A stretch of 64,000 nt of DNA from an uncultured bacterium (GCA_963827235.1 CAWHAE010000019.1:64001-128000), one strand, 5' to 3'; positions 51,937 to 61,958 are shown, counted from the stretch's first letter. Made by a program: numbers and translations. Notes: generated from the sequence alone by a model not told the origin.

Positions 51937-52182
51937 CTACTCGCCGTGCTCTATGATATAGTCTACGGCGTCGCCGACAGTCTTGATTCCCTCGGCATCC
52001 TCGTCGGAGATCTCGAGCTTGAACTCCTCCTCAAGGGACATGATCAGCTCGACCAGGTCGAGCGAATCGGCATTGAGATCATCCTGGAAGCTGGCGTCGC
52101 GCGTGACCTTTGCTTCCTCCACGCCGAGTTGTTCGGCGATAATCGGGCGCAGCTTCTCCTCGATTGCCTGGGCATCTGACAC
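51937..52182 (-). CDS. acpP: Acyl carrier protein
   Basis: [20 protein letters not shown]; GTG start after AAGGAG. Confidence 0.97.
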   Translation of the reverse strand: MSDAQAIEEKLRPIIAEQLGVEEAKVTRDASFQDDLNADSLDLVELIMSLEEEFKLEISDEDAEGIKTVGDAVDYIIEHGE

Positions 52183-52208
52183 TGTATCTACTCCTTCTTG
52201 CAGTTGGT

Positions 52209-52646
52209 TCACTCGCCACTATCGCGCGCCGCGATCGCGGGCTCATGGCGCACCATCACGTTCCCCAGTACACCGTTGACAAAACGACCAGAATTGTCTC
52301 CCCCGAATTCCTTTGCCAGCTCCACAGCCTCGTTGATCACAACCTTTGGCGGTGTTGCAGGCACATGCAACAACTCGTAGAGCGCCAAGCGTAGCACCGC
52401 CCTGTCCACGGGCGCGATTCCGGACACCGGGTACAGCGGCGCGGACCCTTGCAGCAGCGTATCGAGTTCTTCGCGTTCTTGCAAGACGCCGGTGACCAAG
52501 CCGCGTGCGAACTCGGTCGTCGCCATACTCGCCTTACTCTCGGCTGCCCAGCGCGCGACGACAGCCTCCGGATCGTGCTCCACAGCGTCGATTTCGTAGA
52601 GCGCCTGAATGGAAATGTGCCTTGCCAGTCGTCTCCGTGTAGCCAC
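52209..52646 (-). CDS. nusB: Transcription antitermination factor NusB
   Basis: [41 protein letters not shown]. Confidence 0.96.
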   Translation of the reverse strand: MATRRRLARHISIQALYEIDAVEHDPEAVVARWAAESKASMATTEFARGLVTGVLQEREELDTLLQGSAPLYPVSGIAPVDRAVLRLALYELLHVPATPPKVVINEAVELAKEFGGDNSGRFVNGVLGNVMVRHEPAIAARDSGE

Positions 52647-52975
52647 TATTCCACGCCCTGGATGTACACGTTGACGTTGCGGACCGACATGCCGAGCATC
52701 TCGTGAACTGCTTGAGAGACCCGGCGCTGCACCTCGTTCCCCACGGCAACCATGTTGGCGCCTTGTACAACCACTACGTACACGTCGGCGTGGACGGTCA
52801 TGTCGCGCACGTCGACCAGCACGCCGCGCGTTGCATCGGGCTGGCGCCGGCTGAAGAGACCGCTTCGCGGCACGTCAGCCATGGCGACGATACCCGGCAC
52901 GGACATCGTCGTCAGGTTCACGATAGTGGCCAGGACTTCCGGCGCGATCCGTATCGACGAAGCCTGCTCTGTCAT
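52646..52975 (-). CDS. Asp23/Gls24 family envelope stress protein
   Basis: IRIAPEVL..I, VPGI, EMLGM.V..VNVYI; usual position between accC and nusB. Confidence 0.9.
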   Translation of the reverse strand: MTEQASSIRIAPEVLATIVNLTTMSVPGIVAMADVPRSGLFSRRQPDATRGVLVDVRDMTVHADVYVVVVQGANMVAVGNEVQRRVSQAVHEMLGMSVRNVNVYIQGVE

Positions 52976-52980
52976 GCTGA

Positions 52981-54357
52981 CTACACCTCGTCGGCCGGGC
53001 CGGCCGCGGCGCGCCCACGGTCGGCGGCGATCATCGTCTCCAGGTACCGCGTGTGAAAGTTCCGTTGCCGGAAATTGACGTCGCCCATGATGCGTAGCTG
53101 GAATGGAATGACGGTCGTGACCCCCTCGATGACGTACTCCGAGAGCGCCCGCTGCATGCGGGCGATCGCTTCCTCGCGGTCCCTACCCCAGGTCAGGAGC
53201 TTGGCCAGCAACGAATCGTAATGGATCGGCACCGAATACCCGGTAAACAGATGTGACTCCACGCGCACGCCCGTCCCCCCTGGCGGCAGATACGCCGTAA
53301 CAGTACCGAAGCGCGGCTGGAAATCGTCGTCGGCGCTTTCCGCAGTGATACGGCATTCGATCGCGTGCCCACGTAGCGTAACATCCTGCTGGCGGATACT
53401 CAAGGGCCTGCCGGAGGCGATCAATATCTGCTCCTTGACGAGATCGAATCCTGTGAGCAGCTCGGTGACTCCGTGCTCGACCTGGATGCGCGTGTTCATC
53501 TCGCTGAAGTAGGCATGGCCGTCGGCCCACAGAAACTCGAGCGTCCCGGCGTTCGTGTAGCCGCACAGCGCGGCCCCGCGTGCCGCTGCTGCTCCCAGAT
53601 CGGCCCGTTGCTGATCCGTGAGGATGCTGGGACCCTCCTCGACCAGCTTCTGATGCCGCCGCTGCAGCGAGCACTCCCGATCGCCGAAGTGCACCACGGA
53701 GCCACAGTGATCGCCCATGATCTGTATCTCGATGTGCCGGCACTGCGAGAGATACTTCTCCACGTACAGTTGCCCGTTGCCAAACGCGGACTGCGCCTCG
53801 GCCTGCGCGGTCAGGTACTCGGCAGCAAGAGCTGCCTCGTCGTTGGCCACGCGGATTCCGCGGCCCCCGCCACCGGCCACCGCCTTCAGGATCACCGGGA
53901 AACCGATGTCGGCGGCGAGACTCTGTGCTTCGTCGAGGCTGCGCAAGGGTGCGTCGCTGCCCGGCAGGACCTCCAGGCCGGCACGCTGCAGGGCCACGCG
54001 AGCGGCAGGCTTGTCGCTCATGACGGTGATGGCCTGCGCGCTGGGGCCGATGAAGATCAGGTCGCACTTCTCGCAGACTTCGGCGAAGTACGGGTTCTCT
54101 GCCAGAAAGCCGGTGCCGGGATGAACCGCGTCGCACTCTTTCATCAACGCCGCCGTGACCAGGTTCGGGATGTTCAGGTAGCTCTTCCCCGGCGATGCCG
54201 GTCCGATGCAGACGGTCTCGTCGGCATAGCGGGCCGGAAGCGAGTTCCTGTCGACGTCGGAGTGCGCGAGGACGGTGCGGATGCCCATTTCCCGGCACGC
54301 GCGTATGATGCGGAGAGCTATCTCACCCCGGTTGGCGATCAGCACCTTCTGAATCAC
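52981..54357 (-). CDS. accC: Acetyl-CoA carboxylase biotin carboxylase subunit
   Basis: KVLIANRGEIA, GGGGRG, CSLQRRHQK, EMNTRIQVEH, YDSLLAK. Confidence 0.96.
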   Translation of the reverse strand: MIQKVLIANRGEIALRIIRACREMGIRTVLAHSDVDRNSLPARYADETVCIGPASPGKSYLNIPNLVTAALMKECDAVHPGTGFLAENPYFAEVCEKCDLIFIGPSAQAITVMSDKPAARVALQRAGLEVLPGSDAPLRSLDEAQSLAADIGFPVILKAVAGGGGRGIRVANDEAALAAEYLTAQAEAQSAFGNGQLYVEKYLSQCRHIEIQIMGDHCGSVVHFGDRECSLQRRHQKLVEEGPSILTDQQRADLGAAAARGAALCGYTNAGTLEFLWADGHAYFSEMNTRIQVEHGVTELLTGFDLVKEQILIASGRPLSIRQQDVTLRGHAIECRITAESADDDFQPRFGTVTAYLPPGGTGVRVESHLFTGYSVPIHYDSLLAKLLTWGRDREEAIARMQRALSEYVIEGVTTVIPFQLRIMGDVNFRQRNFHTRYLETMIAADRGRAAAGPADEV

Positions 54358-54510
54358 TCTTGCTCCTCGGCGCTCACCGTACGCCACGAACGCCCGCCTG
54401 TACCGGCGAAGGCGCTGGCGGCACGTTTCCGCACGGCGACGCAGTGCATGGTGTATGGTACGCGAGATGGCGCCAGCCGACATAGTGTCATCGAGGTGCG
54501 GTTTCGCAGG

Positions 54511-55455
54511 TCAGGTCGGAGACTCTACGTCCAGCAGAGCGGCCACGCGAATCACTTCTGCCTCCGGTACGATCCGCGCCAGCAGGCCGGCGACCACGGC
54601 ACCCGGACCGGCGTCTACCCAGGCATCGGGATGATATGCCGCCAGCGCCTGCATCGACTCAGTCCAGCGCACGGGAGCCGTCACCTGCCGCAGCAGCTCG
54701 GAGCGCACCTCCTCCGCCGCGACGAGCGGCTCGGCGCTGGTGTTGGCGAGCACGGGAAAGGCGCACTTGCCGATGGCAACTCGGGAGAGCGCTTCGGCGA
54801 ACGGTTCTACGGCCGGCCGCATGTGGGGCGAGTGAAACGCTCCCGCGACTTTTAGGGGAAGCACGCGCCTTGCCCCGCGGGCTTTCATCGCCAGCGCCGC
54901 TCGCTCGAGCGCGGGCAACCCGCCGGATATGACCTGCTGGTCCGGACCGTTGTCGTTGGCCAGCACCACCGTCTCCAACGGCCCGGCCTCGGGCCGCGAA
55001 ACTTCGGCGCATACCTGCTCAACAGCGGCTCGGCCGAGACCGATCACCGCGCTCATGCCGCCCCGCGCCATGTCGGCTGCTTCTTGCATCAGCCTGCCGC
55101 GCAGGGCTACCAGCCTTGCCGCGTCCTCCAGCGCGAGGGCCTCGGCCGCGACGAGCGCACCGTATTCCCCCAGACTGTGACCGGCGCCACCCGCGACCGC
55201 CACATCAGGATTCGAGGCAAGCCATGCCGCGTGGAGCGCCATGCTGCAGGCAAACACGGCCGGCTGCTGCCAGCGGGTCTCCTGAAGGAGATCCGCTGGA
55301 CCGTCGAAGCACGCCCTGCTGACGGCCATGTCGAGCGCACTATCGATGCGATCGAACACGTCCCGCGCCGCCGGATATCGCGCGCAGGCCACCCGTCCCA
55401 TACCTACTTGTTGGGAGGCCTGCCCGGGAAATAGGATCGCAATACGCCGCGCCAT
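54511..55455 (-). CDS. fabD: Malonyl-CoA:ACP transacylase
   Basis: FPGQASQ, QPA, GHSLGEY, GAFHS, PVRW. Confidence 0.96.
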   Translation of the reverse strand: MARRIAILFPGQASQQVGMGRVACARYPAARDVFDRIDSALDMAVSRACFDGPADLLQETRWQQPAVFACSMALHAAWLASNPDVAVAGGAGHSLGEYGALVAAEALALEDAARLVALRGRLMQEAADMARGGMSAVIGLGRAAVEQVCAEVSRPEAGPLETVVLANDNGPDQQVISGGLPALERAALAMKARGARRVLPLKVAGAFHSPHMRPAVEPFAEALSRVAIGKCAFPVLANTSAEPLVAAEEVRSELLRQVTAPVRWTESMQALAAYHPDAWVDAGPGAVVAGLLARIVPEAEVIRVAALLDVESPT

Positions 55456-55514
55456 CTAGCAGGACGGTCTGCCCGCAACACGCAGGCAGAACCGCAGGCA
55501 CGGCGCGGTACTCG

Positions 55515-55730
55515 TCACGATGCAGCGCCTCCGCGCGTGTTCGGCGACTTGTCCTTGAAGACGATGTACGACCGGCCCTTGTACGTGCCGCAGGTCGGGC
55601 AGACGTGATGCCTGACCTTCGGCTGGCGGCATTGGCGGCAGACGTTGAGCTCGGCAAGCTTGATGCGCAGGTGTTGCCTGCGGTCGCCCTGACGGGCCCG
55701 CGACGTTCGTTTCTTCGGTACGGCTGGCAT
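55515..55730 (-). CDS. rpmF: 50S ribosomal protein L32 (Zn-binding type)
   Basis: AVPKKRTS, CRQC...HHVCPTCGTY. Confidence 0.97.
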   Translation of the reverse strand: MPAVPKKRTSRARQGDRRQHLRIKLAELNVCRQCRQPKVRHHVCPTCGTYKGRSYIVFKDKSPNTRGGAAS

Positions 55731-55853
55731 GATTCCTCCTCATGGCGCGCGAGCTGACGTGCGTACGATGGGGAACCGCGACCGGTCGTCCCCACAGGTG
55801 TCGGCGCGGTCGCGCACGCATTGCCGGCGTCGACCGCTCTAGAGTTCAGGTAC

Positions 55854-56375
55854 CTAGTGTAGCAGACCGCGCAAGGCCGCGAAGGGGCGATTGCCCTCGG
55901 CCTCCACCGAGCACGAACACGGGTTGAGATTCCGGTTGCCGCCGCAAATCGCGCAGAGCCCCAGGCAGGAGGGCCTGCAGATGGGCTGGATCGGCAGCGC
56001 GGCGATGACGTTCTGCCGGATCGCCTCGCCGAGATCCAGAACGTGACCGCTGTCGATCATGAAGATCAGGTCGTCGTCGGGCTTGGCAAGCGGGGCGCCG
56101 GTGGTCACGTCGATGGAGGGCGCATACTCCTCTTCAAAATGAATGCTCATCGGTGCCGCGAAGAGTTCCAGGCAACGCCCGCACTCGAGCTCTACTGAGC
56201 ACTCGACGTCGCCGCGGGCCAGTATGCCGCCGTCGATTCGATCGAGGCGCACCTTTCCGCTCGAAAGCGCGGCACTGGTCGTGTCGTCCAGAGCAAGCGG
56301 CTCGTCGACCTCAATAGCGTAGCTGCGTGTGGTGCCGACGGGCCACTTCAGGAGCTGGGCAACGTTGATTTGCAT
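55854..56375 (-). CDS. YceD/DUF177 family protein
   Basis: CGRCL, C...CLGLC..CG.N.N...C.C; upstream of rpmF. Confidence 0.92.
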   Translation of the reverse strand: MQINVAQLLKWPVGTTRSYAIEVDEPLALDDTTSAALSSGKVRLDRIDGGILARGDVECSVELECGRCLELFAAPMSIHFEEEYAPSIDVTTGAPLAKPDDDLIFMIDSGHVLDLGEAIRQNVIAALPIQPICRPSCLGLCAICGGNRNLNPCSCSVEAEGNRPFAALRGLLH

Positions 56376-56429
56376 GTCAAAGTACCTCCTGGTTGATCCA
56401 GGGATAAAGAACGTCAACCAGGCAAAGAC

Positions 56430-56891
56430 TCACTGATCCGAGGTCACCACCTCGGCGCGAAGCGCTGTGATACCGTTTCTCACGGTGCCAAGCGTGGTCA
56501 GGAGCTGCTGCTCCAGCGCTTCGAGGGTGCCGACGACGTACTCGTCGGCACGCGTCCGGGTGTCATGAGCCTGTTGATTAGCTTCCTCGATGATTCGGCG
56601 CGCCTCGCGCTCGGCCGTCTTGTAGAGCACCTGCTCATGCACGAGCTCAAGCGCCTGCGCCTGTGCGTCGGCGATGATGCGCTCGGCTTCAGCCTTGCCC
56701 TCGGCGATGATGCCTTCCCGCCCGCGCTTGACTTCGTCGGCCTCGCGGACCTGCTCGGGAATGCTCTCGCGAATGCTCTCGATGATCTCCTGCACCTCGT
56801 TCTCATCGATCGCACAGCGGGACATACCGGGAATATGCCAGCCGGAACGAATCGTCTCTTCCAGCCGGTCCAGCAGATGCAAAATGTCGAT
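56430..56891 (-). CDS. Coiled-coil protein downstream of coaD (DivIVA/ATPase b-like), probable ATC start
   Basis: IDILHLLDRLEE N-terminus, AxxEAxxII repeats, ADEY; GGAGG 8 nt before ATC. Confidence 0.8.
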   Translation of the reverse strand: MDILHLLDRLEETIRSGWHIPGMSRCAIDENEVQEIIESIRESIPEQVREADEVKRGREGIIAEGKAEAERIIADAQAQALELVHEQVLYKTAEREARRIIEEANQQAHDTRTRADEYVVGTLEALEQQLLTTLGTVRNGITALRAEVVTSDQ

Positions 56892-56895
56892 CGGT

Positions 56896-57420
56896 TTAGC
56901 CTCCTTCCGCTCGATAGGCGTCCGCGGTGCGGGCGATCCCGGCCGTCGCCTGCAAACGCGCGAAACGCTCGGCGACCGGCGGCGGTACCAGCCTTGACAC
57001 ATCGCCTCCCAGCAGCGCGATCTCTTTCATGCGGGTGGAGCTGATGAACATGAGTTCCTGGCTGCCTATAAAGCAGATCGTCTCCAGCGATGGCGCCAGC
57101 ATTCTGTTTGCCAGCGCCGCCTGGAACTCCCCCTCAAAATCAGGCCCGTGACGCAGGCCACGCACGATCACGTTCGCACCGATATGCATTGCATAGTTTA
57201 CCATTAGGCCGGTGAATCCCTCTACACGCGCATTAACCAAATGCACAGTAGATTCTCGCGCCATGTCGATCCGCTCTTGCCACGAGAACAGCACATCCTT
57301 GGCAGGGCGACTGTAGACGGCGATCACCAGCTCGTCGAATACGGCGGCGGCGCGCCTGGCGATGTCCAGGTGCCCATTTGTCATCGGATCGAAGCTGGCA
57401 GGAAACACGGCACGTCTCAG
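56896..57420 (-). CDS. coaD: Pantetheine-phosphate adenylyltransferase
   Basis: FPASFDPMTNGH, VRGLR, ISST; probable CTG start overlapping the rsmD stop. Confidence 0.95.
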   Translation of the reverse strand: MRRAVFPASFDPMTNGHLDIARRAAAVFDELVIAVYSRPAKDVLFSWQERIDMARESTVHLVNARVEGFTGLMVNYAMHIGANVIVRGLRHGPDFEGEFQAALANRMLAPSLETICFIGSQELMFISSTRMKEIALLGGDVSRLVPPPVAERFARLQATAGIARTADAYRAEGG

Positions 57421-57977
57421 GGTACTACCTCCTCTCCTTCGTGCTGCCACATGCTGACAGCACTGTCACCATACCGCCGCGTGCGCACAAATCGCAACGG
57501 CCCTACGTTGCCCGCGACGTCGGCGCGCGGGCTGTGCTCCAGTACCACGATTCCATTCGCCTCCAGCAGAGCATGCAGCGCCGGCTGAGAGACGATCGCC
57601 AGGCTTTCCAGGTCGCCGTACGGTGGATCGGCGAAGACGATGTCATATGGACCTCGCAACGCCGGCAGGACTGGCGGCACCTCTGCTTGCAGCACCCGGC
57701 CGTGTTCCAGTAACCGCGCCCTGGCAAGATTATCGCGGATAATGCCGCATAGCGCGTGGCGTCGCTCCACGAAATCGCAATGGAGGGCATCGCGACTCAG
57801 TGCCTCTATGCCGATGGCGCCTGTGCCGGCAAAGAGATCGAGCACGCGCGCGCCCGCGATCCGTGCCGCGAGCACGTTGAAAATGGCGCCGCGGACCTTG
57901 TCCGCGGTGGCCCTGGTTCCCGCATCGGGCGGACCCTTGAGCGTCATCCCTCGCGCCGAGCCGCCGATCACTCGCAT
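57417..57977 (-). CDS. rsmD: 16S rRNA m2G966 methyltransferase
   Basis: MRVIGG, LDLFAGTG..GIEALSR, DPPY, RRYG. Confidence 0.95.
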   Translation of the reverse strand: MRVIGGSARGMTLKGPPDAGTRATADKVRGAIFNVLAARIAGARVLDLFAGTGAIGIEALSRDALHCDFVERRHALCGIIRDNLARARLLEHGRVLQAEVPPVLPALRGPYDIVFADPPYGDLESLAIVSQPALHALLEANGIVVLEHSPRADVAGNVGPLRFVRTRRYGDSAVSMWQHEGEEVVP

Positions 57978-58232
57978 AGGTTCTGGCCTCCTTGACGCAT
58001 GGTCGAGTCAGAGTGTACAACGCGTTGGGATCGGGTCGAGACGGCCGGCCGATCGATGGGCGTGTGGGTTGCGCCGGGGCCCCGATGGCCTGCCCCACCC
58101 TGGCACGTGGCGCGATGTGGCCGCGCCGGCCGCGTCGGTTGGCACCCCAGCGAGACAGGATGGCGACGTGTCCTTCCGAGTGAATAACGATAGCAAGCCC
58201 ATACCGGCCGGATATCCTGGGAGGCACGTCTG

Positions 58233-59255
58233 ATGCCTCGCCTCTCCACCTTGTTGATGAGCCTCGTCATCGTCGTCGCCGGCCTTTGGATTCTCACGCC
58301 AATGGCGCGCGCCATGCTACTCCTGCGCGAGACGCAGCACGCGGTTGAGGCGGCACCGGTGATCGATGGCCTGCCGGCCACTGACGCGCACTTCTACACC
58401 AACGACGAGACGGATAATCCCATTCCGATCGCGGGCTGGCTCTATGTGGTGAACACACACGCTCCGACCGTGATCCTGGTTCCGCCGTGGAAGGAAGACC
58501 GCAGCACGATGGTGAGCTATGCCTCCATGCTGCTCAAGGGTGGGCTCAACGCTCTGATGATCGATCTGCGCGGCACCGGTCACAGCGGCGGCGAGTTCAG
58601 CCTTGGCCTCTACGAGCCTGTCGACGTGAAGGCGGCGATTGACTATCTGGACACCAACGCCGAGATCGCCAATCACCACTATGCGCTGTACGGCCTGTCG
58701 TTCGGAGCCGGCGTAGCGATCGCGGCGGCCGGGGGAAATGGCGACCAGTATCCCACGGAGTCCGAGGTGGTGGCAGTCGTGGCGGACAGCCCCTGGGCCA
58801 CGGAGGACGACACGATTAACAGGCTCAACAGCGTGCCGCTCGGCGGGGTTTCCGTGCCGCTTCCGCAGTCCTTCACGCTGTTCGGCCATCACGTCCAGTT
58901 CCTGCCGGACGCGCGGTGGGTGGTGGATACGACGCTCGGCGGCAACCCCGACAGTCACAGCGCGCTGCAAGGGGCGATGCATTTGTCGTCAAGCCAATCG
59001 CTACTGATCATTCATGATGCCGGGGATACCAATTCCACCACCTCGTTGTCGGCGGCGCAGGAGCTCTACACCGCGGCGCACGTGCAGCACAAGGCGCTCT
59101 GGATCGCGCCGAGCAGCGGTCATGCCAGCGCACTGGAGGCACAGCCCCAGGACTACCAGGCGACGGTGCTCAACTTCCTGAAGAAGTATCTCGTCAACTA
59201 CCATGATGCGGCGCCGTCGGCAACGCCGGGCAACGTGGGCGGTCCCACGGCCTGA
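58233..59255 (+). CDS. Membrane-anchored alpha/beta hydrolase
   Basis: N-terminal TM, DLRGTGHSGG, GLSFG nucleophile elbow, VADSP, C-terminal GH. Confidence 0.88.
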   Translation: MPRLSTLLMSLVIVVAGLWILTPMARAMLLLRETQHAVEAAPVIDGLPATDAHFYTNDETDNPIPIAGWLYVVNTHAPTVILVPPWKEDRSTMVSYASMLLKGGLNALMIDLRGTGHSGGEFSLGLYEPVDVKAAIDYLDTNAEIANHHYALYGLSFGAGVAIAAAGGNGDQYPTESEVVAVVADSPWATEDDTINRLNSVPLGGVSVPLPQSFTLFGHHVQFLPDARWVVDTTLGGNPDSHSALQGAMHLSSSQSLLIIHDAGDTNSTTSLSAAQELYTAAHVQHKALWIAPSSGHASALEAQPQDYQATVLNFLKKYLVNYHDAAPSATPGNVGGPTA

Positions 59256-59436
59256 CCTCGGAGAGCGGGAGCGCCGTGGCCGCCGTCGGCTTGACGAGCC
59301 TGCCAGCGGCCGGAATCTGGCGTCTGCCGACGACTCATGGTGTACCCTATCTGGAGTAGTACTGCCGTCGCGTCGTTGCGGCTCGCGATCTGGTGGGACG
59401 TCACGACGTTGCATGGCCGTCACGTTGGGGAGACGC

Positions 59437-60603
59437 ATGCTGGTGCGGGCTAGCGGGCTCGTGTGGAAGGCTGCTATTCTCGGGGTGCTTCTTGGACAGT
59501 TGCTCACCCCGTTTCCGGCGCCGGCTCGTGCCGACCCCGGGAGCATTGCCGTAGACTCGCGGTATCCGGAGCCACCTCTGCTGGGGAAGGCCGCGGTCGT
59601 CTACGACGTCGATTCCGGCAAGACGCTCTATTCGCGGCACGCGCAGGAGCACCTGGCCGTGGCAAGCGTGACGAAGCTCATGACCGCGCTCCTCGTGCTG
59701 GAGCACGGACGCTTGGACGATATGACAACGGTGAGCTACAGAGCGGCGACCATCGGACAGTCGACCATGGGCCTGCGGACCGGCGAGCAGCTATCTCTGC
59801 GGGACCTCCTCTACGGGTTGCTTCTCCCATCGGGTAACGACGCGGCGATCGCCCTGGCGGAAGCGGTGGGCGGTAGCGAGAACGCCTTCGTAGCCGCGAT
59901 GAATGCTCGCTGTCACGCCCTGGGCTGCACGGGCTCGCATTTCACCACCTCGCACGGCCTTGACGGTTACGGCAACTACTCGAGCGCTCACGACCTGCTG
60001 CTCGTGCTGCTGGCCGACCTTCGCTACGGCACATTCCGGTCGATGGTGAACACGCGCACCTATTCGGTGCCGGCAACGGCACATAACTATTTGCACTTCC
60101 TCACAAACGTGCACGAGCCGTTGTGGTGGTATCCGGGCGTCGAAGGGGCCAAGCCGGGAAACACGACGGAGGCAGGATTCTGCGACGCTCTCTACGTCGT
60201 GCGCGGCGGGCGCCATATCGCTGCCGTGATCCTGGGCATGCAGGATCGCTACACCGATGTGCGGAACCTTCTGGACTTCGCACTCGACGATTTCACGTGG
60301 CATTCTCCCGCCGGCGTCAGCACCGATCTGGAAAGCCTCCTCTACCCGCCGGACGATTTCAGCGTGGATGGGCCCAGCCGGCATCTTGCGGGTTCAGATG
60401 GTCCCGGTAGGCCGTGGCTCTATTACGTCGGCACCGGATATTACGTGCGCCCTCCGTTTCTGGCATACGATCTGCACCACCCGGGACTCGGACTGCCCAC
60501 CAGCCAGGGAACCACGCTGGGCAGTCTACAGGTGCAGCGATTCGGCAAGACCATCCTGTTCTACAATTCGACGACGGGCGCTCTGGCTTCCGCGCCCGCC
60601 TGA
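59437..60603 (+). CDS. D-alanyl-D-alanine carboxypeptidase (peptidase S11)
   Basis: ASVTK (SxxK), SGN, HGLD, KPG; signal peptide; C-terminal GLPTS..VQRF repeat. Confidence 0.9.
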   Translation: MLVRASGLVWKAAILGVLLGQLLTPFPAPARADPGSIAVDSRYPEPPLLGKAAVVYDVDSGKTLYSRHAQEHLAVASVTKLMTALLVLEHGRLDDMTTVSYRAATIGQSTMGLRTGEQLSLRDLLYGLLLPSGNDAAIALAEAVGGSENAFVAAMNARCHALGCTGSHFTTSHGLDGYGNYSSAHDLLLVLLADLRYGTFRSMVNTRTYSVPATAHNYLHFLTNVHEPLWWYPGVEGAKPGNTTEAGFCDALYVVRGGRHIAAVILGMQDRYTDVRNLLDFALDDFTWHSPAGVSTDLESLLYPPDDFSVDGPSRHLAGSDGPGRPWLYYVGTGYYVRPPFLAYDLHHPGLGLPTSQGTTLGSLQVQRFGKTILFYNSTTGALASAPA

Positions 60604-60625
60604 ACATCGCCGTGAGGAGGTGTCG

Positions 60626-61042
60626 ATGATCGACTTGCCGTCGCTGGGCGCCGGTTTTGCCTTCCCGCCCCAGACGCTCGTCCTGGACGCTGCGACCGTA
60701 TCGTCCTACGTGCGCGCCGTGGGCGATCCGTTCGATGGCTACCGCGGGCAGCAGGGCGTAGTTCCGCCACTTGCTGCACTGGCGCTCGGCATGCGCGGCT
60801 TGACAGACTTGCTGGCACGTTTTCCCGGTGTGCTCCACCTCACGCAGCATCTCACGTCGCACCGCGCCATCCCGATCGGGGCGACGGTAACGGCCTACCT
60901 GGCCGTGCGCTCGAGATCCGAGCGGCGGGGCTTCGCCGCCTTGACGCTCGAGGCATATGTCGTGGAGAACGGCGAGCGCGTCGTCGAAGGCGGCCTGCTG
61001 TTGATGGTGCCGATGCGAGCGGGTGGAGCGGCAGGTGAGTAA
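60626..61042 (+). CDS. MaoC-like hotdog protein (non-catalytic, HadA-like)
   Basis: GAGGAGG RBS; YVRAVGD, VPP, LHLTQ pattern. Confidence 0.8.
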   Translation: MIDLPSLGAGFAFPPQTLVLDAATVSSYVRAVGDPFDGYRGQQGVVPPLAALALGMRGLTDLLARFPGVLHLTQHLTSHRAIPIGATVTAYLAVRSRSERRGFAALTLEAYVVENGERVVEGGLLLMVPMRAGGAAGE

Positions 61043-61478
61043 GGTCGCGCGCGTGCCGAGCGCAGGCGAGCGCCTGCAGGGATTCGACGTCGAGATCACG
61101 GCCGAGCGCGTCCGAGCCTATGCCGACGCCGCATCCGACCACAATCCGATTCACCTCGACCCGGAATTCGCCGCGACCATGCCTTTCGGCGGCACCATTG
61201 CCCACGGCATGCTGCTATTGGCGTATCTGGCGCGCCTCATGACCATGCGCTTTGGCGCGGCATGGCTGCAAGAAGGCACGCTCAGCGCGCGATTCCGTGC
61301 GCCTGCCAGGGTCGGCACACGAGTGCGAGCCAGCGGCCTGGTGAGGTCCGTTGCTGCGCGTGGCGACCAGACGATCGTGGAGTGCGAACTCCAGGTGAGC
61401 AACAGTGAGGACGTAGCACTCGTGACGGCCACGGCGCAGGTGATGCTGCATCGGGGTCAGGATGACGGGCAGCCGTGA
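61035..61478 (+). CDS. MaoC family dehydratase
   Basis: YADAASDHNPIHLD..FA...FGGTIAHGML hydratase-2 motif. Confidence 0.92.
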   Translation: MSKVARVPSAGERLQGFDVEITAERVRAYADAASDHNPIHLDPEFAATMPFGGTIAHGMLLLAYLARLMTMRFGAAWLQEGTLSARFRAPARVGTRVRASGLVRSVAARGDQTIVECELQVSNSEDVALVTATAQVMLHRGQDDGQP

Positions 61479-61591
61479 CTTGCCGCCGCTCCGGCGAATC
61501 GCAGGGGCGCGCGGGATTCGCTTCTCTGCTCGCCGGCTGGGACGCTCGTGGTGCATCATCCCCACCGTGAGCTTTGAGAATTCGTTGATTC

Positions 61592-61607
61592 GTAAGTAGA
61601 CACTTAC
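61592..61607. promoter_or_regulatory. Palindromic ArsR operator candidate
   Basis: GTAAGT-AGAC-ACTTAC perfect inverted repeat about 25 nt upstream of the ArsR gene. Confidence 0.65.
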
Positions 61608-61631
61608 AGAGCTGTCACCTATGATGGATAC

Positions 61632-61958
61632 ATGATCGACACGGTGCTCAACGCGATCAGCGAGCCGCGACGCCGCGAGATCATGCGATTGATCCGTGAC
61701 AATGAGCAGTCGTCAGGAGAGATCGCCGCTCACTTTGCCGTCTCGCGGCCGGCAGTCTCCCAGCATCTGCAGGTTCTTGCGCATGCCGGGTTGGTGTCTG
61801 TCCGCGCGGTGGGAACCCGGCGCCTCTATTCCGCTCGACCCGAGGGTTTGGCGGAGCTGCGGCGGTACCTCGACGAGTTCTGGGACGATGGTCTGCTGCT
61901 GCTCAAGCAGGCCGCGGAGGCTGAGGAAAGGAGGTCATCAGGTGCCAACAAGCGCTGA
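61632..61958 (+). CDS. ArsR/SmtB family regulator
   Basis: AISEPRRREI, SRPAVSQHL.VL..AGLV, RRLY. Confidence 0.93.
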   Translation: MIDTVLNAISEPRRREIMRLIRDNEQSSGEIAAHFAVSRPAVSQHLQVLAHAGLVSVRAVGTRRLYSARPEGLAELRRYLDEFWDDGLLLLKQAAEAEERRSSGANKR

